DNA of 63,700 bases, the filler included, from Octopus bimaculoides (lineage: Eukaryota), in the NCBI RefSeq assembly GCF_001194135.2. It is 7 parts of 6 records of this genome, joined end to end, with 100 filler letters (N's around TTAATTAATTAA, not from the genome) between each part and the next. Parts side by side here need not be neighbours in the genome. Positions count along the whole stretch, not along the records: positions 1 to 9,155 come from NC_068986.1; positions 9,256 to 29,654 come from NC_068987.1; 5 more parts are not named here. The stretch is one strand, 5' to 3'. The notes below the pieces were generated by a model, which was given only the letters and a program-made list of their open reading frames with translations, was not told the DNA's origin and searched no databases. The position numbers and the translations under genes were made by a program. Shown piece by piece: positions 1-9,579 of the stretch. Positions within the stretch are counted from its first letter, which is position 1; each line of letters opens with the position of its first letter.

Positions 1-613
1 TATGTATATATATATACATTTATATATTCAAAACGATATATAATTGAAGCGTTAACAATATAGAATATTAGGATATTTAACTCCCCTCCTACTTTACGTG
101 CTTACGTTCCATTCTTAAGCCCGAAGCGCAACCAGGGGGGCATGCGGACCAACATCGGAAACACTTCTTTACAGGCAAACATCAATTGGATTTCGTATGC
201 ATGCTTGGAAATGTGGGAATCATTATGCGAAACAAAAAAAAATACCTTTAATGTTTTAGGAATATGCCTGCTGTAAGACTGATGTTCAAAATTATATGTA
301 GCGTGTACCATATTTTCTTTTGCAAGAGCTGTAAAATTCTCTAATAGTGTATGTATTATCAATTTTTTTCAAACCATAATGTTGTAGTTCTCTATATACA
401 CTAACACTTGCATATTTAGAACACAGAGTGAGGTGTCACCAGTCTCTCACATAATAGAAGTTTTTAAAATGTGCCTGAGATGACATTTAATGAGTGTATC
501 ACCGTAAACTTGCAATTAGAGATTAAATATTGCTTATTAAGGGAAATTAATTTAGACATCGAGAACATTAAAATATTTTAACGTTGATTGGTTAATGCAT
601 TTTATTGAAAAAT

Positions 614-642
614 ATGCTTAGAATGATTTTGGAAGATATTAG
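614..642 (+). CDS. Possible upstream coding exon end (MLRMILEDI-R)
   Basis: Consensus donor AG|GTGAGT at 643; the frame from ATG614 ends in phase 2, matching the phase-2 start of exon A1. No other support. Confidence 0.3.
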
Positions 643-1562
643 GTGAGTGGTGGTGTTATACTCACCTATATACAAGATACATTAACAAACAATTTTTCAA
701 GAAAAGTCCACTCTTACACAGAGAAATGATAATTAGAATGCACAGTGCATGTAGGATTCACTTACACACAATCACGTTTTATTAATAAAAATATTTAAGA
801 ACAAAAAACAAAAAATATCAAATTTTTTGCAACAGGAAAAGCCAATGATTGCGAAAGCAAGTACATCTCAATTTGTCATTCAGCCAAGTCGAAATACCCA
901 TTTACATATCCTGATATTAAACTCTGCCAGTACGTATATACATATATATATTTATTTATTAATGCTATTTCTCTCATCTAATACATAAAGTTATAGTTTT
1001 TGTATAAAGCAACAGCTGCGTGGCTTCGGATTTAGTTCCACGAACACATTAGAAAGTGTCTAGCCCCGATTGAATAATACTTTGCAACCCAATATATTAA
1101 GTAGAAGCTTTGTGGATAAACTGTGTAATATCACATGGTACAAGACTAGAAATACTCGTTGGGAAATGAGTAGTTCATAAAGCTACTTTATCAGATTGGC
1201 ACTAGATATATATCGAGGTAGAATGGCGCATGTTAACCACATTCAGATTTAAATACACGTTTAGCTGATTAATAAACACAAAGCTGATTTTTCCGAAATG
1301 GACCAGTATAGCTATATGAGGCAAGACAGCAGACTGTTTTATATAACTCCTGCCTCTGAATACGAATAATTTATTAAATCCAGGAAGTATGACAGGATAC
1401 TTTTACAAAGCAGTATATTGATCTCAGAATGTAAATAAAGATGATATGAAACTGGTACATATTTTTTTTTTTATCAACCCTCAAATTTAAAATTTATGAT
1501 TAAGTTTTCGGAGTTTATTTTAATTTTAAAAAACATATTTACTGATTTATTTTCAACATCAG

Positions 1563-1654
1563 GCGCATTGTCGAGTATCAAAGGTGTGCTGACCACCTCA
1601 AAGACGAACATTGCTTTGAAGCATTCCGAGGACTCTTTAGAATTACTTGCCCTG
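1563..1654 (+). CDS. Coding exon A1 of an unassigned Cys-rich repeat protein (RIVEYQRCADHLKDEHCFEAFRGLFRITCP)
   Basis: Acceptor ...ttttcaacatcAG| and donor |GTAAGA; 92 nt, phase 2 to phase 1, open frame; paralogous exon at 7709-7800 has identical length, phase and Cys positions. Confidence 0.88.
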
Positions 1655-1860
1655 GTAAGATTACATTATTAGACTTGTATTATTAGCAAAATATTATCCT
1701 TGTCATCATTGTAACATCTAATATAAATTACTAATTATGACATGGATTAAGACCGGAATTAAATGTTGATTCATCTACTCATCTAATATTTCATCAAACT
1801 GTCCAAAGGTTATAGCAAAAACAAATAATATGTTGAAATTTGTATATTTTATTTTTTCAG

Positions 1861-1951
1861 GGAAAGACAATTGCATAGAGTTTTTCAAAGTATATTGTCA
1901 ACAAGCCGAAGAAATGTTTCCAGTACAATCACCAGATAAGGATTTCTGCAA
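1861..1951 (+). CDS. Coding exon B1 (GKDNCIEFFKVYCQQAEEMFPVQSPDKDFCK)
   Basis: Acceptor ttttattttttcAG| and donor |GTATAT; 91 nt, phase 1 to phase 2; splices in frame to A1; paralogue at 7944-8034. Confidence 0.88.
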
Positions 1952-2064
1952 GTATATATGTTGCTTTTACTCCTCTGACTATTGTTACTACATCTAATAG
2001 TTATCTGCTTATATCTTTTATTATACAATCAACTATTTATTATTAATGTTTGTATTATTGGTTA

Positions 2065-2281
2065 ATGCGGCGAGGGATCAGAATCGTTACAATGCTGAGC
2101 AAAAATGCGTAGCCGCATTTCGTCCGTCATTATGTTATGTGTTCAAATTCCGTCGAGGTTGATTTTGTCTTTCATCCCTCCGCGGCCCATAAATTGAGTA
2201 CAAGTCGAACACCAGCCGATGAAGTCGACCACCCCGTCCCCTAAAACTGGTAGCTTTGTTCCAAAATTTGAAATGAATATC
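2065..2281 (+). mobile_element. tRNA-derived SINE family A (diverged copy)
   Basis: Aligns to copies at 3332, 24249 and 48301 (cagaatcgtta...gttcaaattccgtcgaggt...tttcatcc). Confidence 0.8.
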
Positions 2282-3331
2282 TGTTATATTGGTAGAAGTC
2301 AAGAAATGCTTACTTGCAGTGCACTAACTTCAATAGGAAACAGTAACTGATTAGTGCTAACTACATCGATTAGTGCTAACAGCTAACACATCTCGACATC
2401 AATGTCACTCGAAACATTTTTTAGCAGGTCAAAAAATACACTGTATATTTCCAGTATATGCACAAGTCCATGAATGTGCGACTAAACCTAATGTTTCTGC
2501 ACGATTCGTGTTAGATTTTAACATATGTATTCTACTGCTTCAGAAAACGCGTTAAAATATATCATATCAAAACTACTATTATTTAAAAAAATTGCTGTTT
2601 GTAAATATGATTAGTAAATAAATTTTCCGTATCTTTCTTCAAGTTATAAATCATGAAACATCATTTCTTTAGAATTTTCTATGCTCACTTCGCTATTATA
2701 TTTATAAATATTATTTTCATTACTAAAGAACCTCTGGATTACAAATGAGACATTGAAATCTATTTACTGTGTTCATTAGAATATATTTTAGCAATCCCAG
2801 ATATATGAACATTATAAAAACGGGGCAATTTCATTTCAGAAGTTAAATAATTTATGGTTCTTGCGCAATGACGTTCCCATATAAGTTATTTTACAGACGC
2901 ATACTAATATATGAAGACTGTGCTAATCTGAAGAAACACAAGTGTGCAGGGCACTTTCACCTAATTTCTCTCGTGAATTGTTATGAAGGTAATTTTTTTT
3001 TAATCCATTTAATCGATCTTATTTGGGACAGGGCTGCATAGATGCAATAAATTCCCAACACAATTACATTTGTCAAGTTGCTTTTTACGTTCAATTCCAT
3101 TAATGTTTAAAGCATTGTTGAACTTTAGCAATGTTGGTACGCATTGATTTGCCTTCAGCTCTCAATTCCTGGAGAAGTCATACAGCCGCTGCGATATACT
3201 CTGTTCTAGGTGTTTGATCGGTTGAAAATGTGCACAGATCTCATTTTTCCTATTTCTGTGTGCGTCTACGTTTCCCCTGTCTAGCTCTCTCCTCTGGCTC
3301 ACAGATTTATGCTATATTCTTTTACTTGTCT

Positions 3332-3546
3332 AAGGTGGTGAGTTATTAGAAACGTTAGCACGCCGGACGAAATGCTTAGCGGCATTTCGTCTGTCTTTAC
3401 GTTCTGAGTTCAAATTCCACCGAGGTCGACTTTGCCTTCCATCCTTTCGGGATCGGTAAATTAAGTACCAGTTGCGTACTGGTGTCGATCTAATCGACTG
3501 GCCTCTCCACAAAAATTTCGGGCCTTGTGCCTAGAGTAGAAAAGGT
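3332..3546 (+). mobile_element. SINE family A
   Basis: gaaacgttagcacgccgg...gagttcaaattccaccgaggtcgactttgccttccatcctttcggg; B-box-like GTTCAAATTCC; multicopy in the window. Confidence 0.9.
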
Positions 3547-3942
3547 TATTTTACTTGTTTTATTCATTAGCCTGTGGCGATGATGGGGTCAACGCCTTAT
3601 TAAGTTTTAGTCGAGCAAATCGACACTAGTACCTCTTTTAAAACCTAGTATTTACTCTATCGTCTCTTGTGCCGAACCGCTACGATCCGAGGACATAACC
3701 ACACTAACACCAGTTGTCAAGTGGTGGTGGGTGACAAACACAGACATAAAATCATGCATACACACACACACACACACATACATACATACATACATACATA
3801 CATACATACATGTATGTATGTATGTATGTGCACGACGGCCTTTTATCAGTTTCCGTCCACCAAACCCACTCACAAGATTTCGGTCGGACACTTAGCCTGA
3901 AACATGTGACTGAGAAGCAAACTTCTTACCACGTAGTCAATG
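3547..3942 (-). mobile_element. SINE family B with internal (CA)/(TACA) microsatellite
   Basis: Reverse complement of the family seen intact at 53660-54052 (gccgaaccgcta, cagttgtcaag, cagtttccgtc.accaaa.ccactcacaag). Confidence 0.85.
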
Positions 3943-3980
3943 TTCTTTGTTAAGTTACTAGATCTTGCTAAATATGAATA

Positions 3981-4625
3981 GAGGGTGCGTAATATATTTG
4001 AGGAAGATTTTTTATTTATAAAAAAAATAAAGCAGTTATATAATAACACATAATAACTTCATTAAAAAAAAGCTATGGGGATAAAAATAAACATTCTTTT
4101 CCATAATGTTATTCAATAAATCCACCTTCAGCTTCAACAACTGCTTCTGTATGAGATCTAAATCTAAATGCTCGAATCAAGGGGTCTTGGTTCATTTCGG
4201 ACGTTACTCTGACTGTGGCAGCTTTCAAAGAATCTTTGGTGTTCATTGACCTCTCTCTCAACAACGCTCCACATGTAATAATCCAATGGATTGAGATCTG
4301 GGGAATTAGAAGGCCAAATATTAGGGGTTGTGTGACCATGAAAATGTTCAGCCATCCATTCCTGTGTTACTAGAGGCATGCACGATAGTCTGACGTTAGA
4401 TGTTGACACTAGAATGGCTAATCTACGCGGATAGAGGATCGTGCATTCTTTATGTCTCTATCGTATTACGATATCCGCATAGTGTGCATACCATCTCCTT
4501 TTGTAATTTCTGTAACTGAAGTGGCTGGACAGTACACGGTTGGAATATGAAAGGAACTATGAAACACAGTGATCTTCAGGCCTTTTGTGCAACAGCACAC
4601 TTCAATTTCAATAAAATCATACCTC
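3981..4625 (-). mobile_element. Tc1/mariner-superfamily transposase remnant
   Basis: WPSNSPDLNPLDYYMWSVVE motif on the minus strand (the WP..SPDLNP.D signature); TA-gagggtg terminus at 3979. Confidence 0.8.
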
Positions 4626-4669
4626 ATCATGTACAAAGTATATAGCATATATATCATGTATATACAAAT

Positions 4670-4985
4670 AAGGTGTGGCCATGTGGTGAGAAATTTAATT
4701 CCAAACCGTATGGATCCAGGTTCGGTTCAATGTCGTGGCACATTGAGCAAGCGTCTTCTACTACAGATGATAGACAGAGATTGAAAGAGAAGTGTGTGTC
4801 GTTGTGTCTTTATGTTTGGGTTTGACCTCCACCAGCGATTGACAACAGGTGTTGGTGTCTTTATGCCAGTGTAACTTAACGGTTCGACAGAACAGATGCT
4901 AAAAAAGCATAAGAACTAAATATTCTTCAAAGTGGTGCCCCAACATGGTAGTAGTCTATTGAATGAAGCAAGGAAAAGACAAACG
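4670..4985 (+). mobile_element. SINE family B (diverged, internally deleted)
   Basis: gtggccatgtggtgagaa...gtggcacattgagcaagcgtcttcta...gtaacttaacggttcgac...ggtgccccaacatgg. Confidence 0.8.
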
Positions 4986-5271
4986 ATATATACCTGCTAC
5001 CTGCTGCCAAGAGTAAAAAAGAGAGATAGGGATAGACAGAAAAAAGGAAAATATTCCTTGTATATGAAAACTATGGAAATATTTATAAAAAAAAAAACGT
5101 TTCATTTAATTTTTCCATAATTTAGTTGTTTTTCATTTTTTACACTGAGTTGAAAAAGTCGCAAAGATTGAAACCGGTACTAAAATGTTCTTCATAAAAT
5201 TATTTTAGTATTTTCTACTTTGTCTTATTTTCCTTATATATATATTACATGTATATTAAATATGTATACTA

Positions 5272-5804
5272 TTCTATAACTTTGAGATGAGGAATTCTGT
5301 ACATTATTTACAATGGACGGATAGATGTCCTCGCCTTGTTTGTTGTTATCACAACGTTTCGGCTGATGTAGTCTCAGCCTTCATCAGGTGTTCTGATGGA
5401 ATTTCAAAGCAAACCCTTTATCTGATTAATGGAGTACACTGCTCTCATTCCTAAGGTATGTTGCTGATGTTATTTTTTTCTGTTGCTGTCATTTTTCAAG
5501 TCACTGCCTCAGATTGAACTTATGCTATATGCTCGTCGGCATATAGCGTAGTGGATAAGAGCACGGTTTACTAAACATCGGATTCTAAGTTCAATCCCAG
5601 GCAATGACTGGAAAAATAATATCAGCGGGGAAATACCATCAGCAACATACCTTAGGAATGAGAACAGTGTACCCCATTAGTCAAATGAAGAGTTGGGTTC
5701 TAAATTCCACCAGAAAACCTGTTGAAAGCTGGAGAGTACATCAGCCGAAACCTTGTGTTAATAACAAACAAGGTAAGGATAACTATCTGTCCATTGTAAA
5801 TAAT
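5272..5804. mobile_element. Palindromic tRNA-head / hammerhead-tail retroelement, copy 1
   Basis: Left arm 5272-5525 is the reverse complement of right arm 5538-5804; A/B-box head at 5538-5610; homologous to 56482-57096. Confidence 0.85.
5350..5390 (-). ncRNA. Minimal type-I hammerhead ribozyme motif (core intact)
   Basis: Minus strand reads CAC-CUGAUGA-A-GGCUGA(gacuaca)UCAGCC-GAAA-C-GUU-GUG: core CUGANGA, stem II, GAAA, palindromic ACGU stem III, short stem I CAC/GUG. Confidence 0.7.
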
Positions 5805-6124
5805 TTTCAATTAATATGTATATAGACACATACATAAATATAAATATACATCCATGCGCACTTGTGTGTGTGTACATACATAACCATACACGCATAAATA
5901 TAAGATATAATTAAAGCGACTGAAGCAGTGTTAATACCAAAAGATAAAATGTAAACGCACCACAAAACAATATGAAAGATTCTCTCATGGTAAATATCGA
6001 ATGACAGTGTTCGAACACGATATCCACTTGTAAGTGATGATAAATTTTACCTTTTGGTATTTTATTTCTGTCGCTTTAATTATTTTTATTTTGTAATAAA
6101 TCCACCGTATATATACACCTTGGA

Positions 6125-6275
6125 CTAGGCCCCGCTCAATGGCAGGATTACCAAGTTTTGCTACTTGAGTAGACTGAATTGTTTTGGTCAAGATCACAAC
6201 GCATCGCCTGGTAGAGGAATCAAAAACAGAATCTTAAAATCATGAGTGCAACACGCAATACACTAAATCCTGCGG
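6125..6275 (-). mobile_element. Diverged SINE head related to 51700-51860
   Basis: Minus strand gcaggatttagtgtattgcgtgttgcactcatgatt...accaggcgatgcgttgtgatcttg. Confidence 0.55.
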
Positions 6276-7035
6276 TCACTTGGTAAAATCTATTAATAGT
6301 CCCTGAACACTGACAATTTTTAACACTAATTGGTTAATGATGCTTTACCTAAAAACATGCATACAGCGTTCTTGTAAAATATTAAGAGAGCGAGTGTGAT
6401 GGACTCCTACGTAGAACACACTTTAACAAACACATCTTCAAAAATGCAGCACTTACACCATGAAAACATAACGATGGAGCCAATGATATGTACCATTCAG
6501 ATACACTTCTGCATGGTAACGTAAACTAATACATAATTCGTACAACACAAACACTCCATAAGAGAATTATTGAAAATATAAATATTTACAGGAAACCTAA
6601 AACTATCCTTAAAGTTACCGACATTTTCAAATACACATAACAGCAAAATCCAGAAAATAAACACTATTCTAATAATTATAAACATTTTAAATCTACCTTT
6701 AAGGACTATATCAGTCCAGCAGTTTTTTGTGAGCAATGTCACAAAATTTTCTAACATCCATTCCACCCTCAGATAGCAGATAACTTTGATACAGATTAGA
6801 ACTAAATCTTTAGATTTATGGTGTATCATGCAATATTTCGTGTTTATGGTAAAATTGATAAAGAACTACTATAACAACATTTCGAATTTGTAGGACGTAT
6901 TGATTCGGTTAATTGCCAAGTAAAATACAAGTCAAAATGTTATGAAGCCAAGAAGAAATACCCATTAACATACCCAGATAAGAACAGCTGCTCGTACGTA
7001 AATATATATTTATTCCTATTATTTCTATCATCACT

Positions 7036-7254
7036 AAGGCAGGGAACTGGCAGAATCGTTAGCACGCCGGTCAAATTGCTTTGCGGCATCTCCTCCATCT
7101 TTACGTTCTGAATACAAATTCTGCCGAGGTCAGCTTTGCCATTCATTTTCTCGGGATCGACAAAATAAATACCCGTTGGGCACTAGGGCTGACGGAATCG
7201 ACTTCAACTCTTTCCCGAACTTGTTGGTTTTGTGTCAATATTCGAAATCTATAT
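7036..7254 (+). mobile_element. SINE family A
   Basis: Same head and core as 3332-3546. Confidence 0.85.
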
Positions 7255-7708
7255 TTCTTACATCAAAAGAGGACTACAAATAATTTTCTGGAGTAAAGTA
7301 ATTCACTAGGGTACTGTACTTGATTAGTACTAGATACAGCAATCTCAGGAAGGAGCATTTAAATCACATTCAGGCTTAAACGCAATTTTGAAATATTACA
7401 AAATATAAAGCTGATTTATACCATGTACACTAGTATATGAATGTGGAGCTGGGTAACAAATTGTTATATATAACTCCTACCTCTGACTAGAAATAATTGA
7501 AGTGTGCAAGGAGAATTACACATAAGAGAAATTTGACCTCACAATGTAAATAATTATTTTTATTGCTAGATGTGTAAAACAGGTGCATAAAGTATTTTTA
7601 ACTCAAAAATCCGAAATATCGCCAAACGTAAGAATAATTTTCTTTTGTTTTCTTTTTAATATTGAAATAATGTTTACCGGTTTTTTTTTGTTTGTTTTCA
7701 CCGACCAG

Positions 7709-7800
7709 GCGCCTTACTGTTCTTGAAAAATGTGCTGAAACTTCGAAAGATGAACATTGCATCGAATCATTTAAAAGGGCCCATCAAATTGAATGCCCTC
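7709..7800 (+). CDS. Coding exon A2 (RLTVLEKCAETSKDEHCIESFKRAHQIECP)
   Basis: Acceptor ttgttttcaccgaccAG| and donor |GTAAGA; 92 nt; conserved C..KDEHC..F..I.CP with exon A1. Confidence 0.88.
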
Positions 7801-7943
7801 GTAAGATGATTTTATTAGTCTTGAATCATTGATAAAGTTTTATCTTGAAATCTACCTGAATTATTTCCATCAACTGTCACACAAAATAGTTCTGAAGAAT
7901 TTTAAAGAGTAAAGAAATAAACATTAAATTTTACCTTTTTCAG

Positions 7944-8034
7944 CGAAAGGTGGCTGCATAGAGTTATTCCAAAAATTGTGTCCCGAAGTCGAAAAAGATC
8001 TTCCGATACGATCACCAGATAAGGATTACTGCAG
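7944..8034 (+). CDS. Coding exon B2 (PKGGCIELFQKLCPEVEKDLPIRSPDKDYCR)
   Basis: Acceptor ttttacctttttcAG| and donor |GTGTGT; 91 nt; conserved CIE.F...C...SPDKD.C with exon B1. Confidence 0.88.
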
Positions 8035-8461
8035 GTGTGTATACTATTTTTACACCTCTGACAAGTCTAATTATTATAGCTATCGTTTTCATGTATATTA
8101 TAAATTATATAATAAATTATACATTGGTATCACCCAGTGTTAATTACTAATATTTGTTACATTGGCACAAATATTAGTGCCAAGAAATATGTTCTTGGAA
8201 TGTACTAGATTCAATAGGAATCAGTAACTGACTAATGCTAAAATACATCGATCGGAAATGGTACATTTAGACGACAATACTAGTTAAGCTAACTTGAGAC
8301 ACATAGATATAGGTAATTCCCAACAAAGCTCAAATTCCCAAACGTGCGATTAGGACATTATTTCGCATCAGCTTTTCAAAATACATTTAATACTTCAGAA
8401 ATCTTGTAGTAATATTTCATCATCTCGAAATACGTGCACTTCATAATACTTTTATTTAAAA

Positions 8462-8790
8462 CTAGCAGTATAGCCCGGCTTTGCCCGGGATTAAGTTGAG
8501 ATTATTAAGCTAATCAAGTTCTTTATTTCAAACCAAACTAAGTAACATGACGTCAAATTTGGGCAGAATCAGTTTGCAACTGGAGCGCATGGGTTGGGAG
8601 TTTGATCGGCAAAGGTGATCAGGTTACACATGCCATCCCTTTCAAAACACCACCGCCATCATCTAAACCCTCTTTGCCCATGGGTTAGGAACCCTTCCAG
8701 CAAGGAAAATAGAATGACCAAAAGGGCTCCCGATTCTCTGTGTCAGAAACGGTTCTGTTCAGATCACAACGAAGTCTTAAGTATGTATAT
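8462..8790 (-). mobile_element. Helitron 3' end
   Basis: Minus strand CCCGG-GCAAAG-CCGGG...CTAG|T at 8462; 5' end not identified. Confidence 0.65.
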
Positions 8791-8947
8791 ATATATATAT
8801 ATATATGTTTTGAAATATATTAGCGCGCCAAAACGAAGACTTTTGAATTTTACCATTAAGCTGTAAATAGCAGAACCATATGCACGCGCACCCATGACGG
8901 TGGGCAACTCTGTATACGATTCTGATGATTGCGGTTACATTACAAAT

Positions 8948-9004
8948 CAGGCTGAAGTGGAATGGACAAATGGTAAGATTTGTTAAATCCGAAACCGGTT
9001 CCTG
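8948..9004 (+). ncRNA. Degenerate hammerhead motif in a probable Penelope-like terminal remnant
   Basis: CAGG-CUGAAG(U)-GGA..ACAAAU/AUUUGU..UCC-GAAA-CCGGUU-CCUG; stem I CAGG/CCUG and palindromic ACCGGU stem III; core lacks A9. Confidence 0.5.
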
Positions 9005-9199
9005 TTTAAGAATGCTTTTTTAGGTCATTTTAAATGTCTTGCCCGCTCACGTTTTGGTATGCTGCTATATTTCATGTTGAGAACAATTTAGGTCTTAATA
9101 GACACAAGATGTGATCTATTTCTAGCACATTAATTGTCCACGTTATTGGTCAACGNNNNNNNNNNNNNNNNNNNNNNNNNNNNNNNNNNNNNNNNNNNN

Positions 9200-9211
9200 T
9201 TAATTAATTAA
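9200..9211. other. Assembly spacer TTAATTAATTAA inside a 100-nt N gap (also at 29699, 44146, 49753, 55821, 62075)
   Basis: Identical 12-mer centred in N runs six times; gives stop codons in all six frames; artificial. Confidence 0.95.
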
Positions 9212-9255
9212 NNNNNNNNNNNNNNNNNNNNNNNNNNNNNNNNNNNNNNNNNNNN

Positions 9256-9464
9256 GGCTGACTGTTTTCCCGTAGCCTTTGTAACCGCATCCAGTTCTCT
9301 TTAGCAATTCAGTTAAAGGTGTGAGTGCCAGGCAGAACAGGAGTGGAGAGAGCGTGCCTCCCTGGAATATTCCTCTTCTAATGGGGATGGCTTTCGTTTT
9401 CACAAGTCCCTCTTTTGTTTGGAGATGTAGCACTGTCTGCCATTTGTTCATTGAGTGCCTTATG

Positions 9465-9466
<2 letters not shown>
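9256..9466 (-). mobile_element. R4/Dong-like LINE reverse transcriptase fragment
   Basis: IPIRRGIFQGGTLSPLLFCLALTPL (RT motif); junction directly at the (ATT)n array. Confidence 0.85.
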
Positions 9467-9536
<70 letters not shown>

Positions 9537-9578
9537 GTTGTTGTTGTTGTTGTTAGTGTTGTTGTTGTTGTTATTATT
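9467..9578. repeat. (ATT)n/(GTT)n microsatellite
   Basis: Direct reading. Confidence 0.98.
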
Positions 9579-9579
9579 A

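Larger units (their letters stand above)
1210..8450 (+). repeat. Ancient tandem segmental duplication (about 1210-2560 vs 7335-8450, offset about 6.1 kb) carrying the two-exon module
   Basis: Intronic flanks align by eye: tatataactcctgcctctga / tatataactcctacctctga upstream; ttcaataggaaacagtaactgattagtgctaa / ttcaataggaatcagtaactgactaatgctaa downstream. Confidence 0.8.

Noticed and set aside
9156-9255. TTAATTAATTAA palindromic 12-mer recurring six times
   Set aside because: Always centred in a 100-nt N gap; it is an artificial six-frame-stop scaffold spacer, not a biological motif or CRISPR-like repeat.
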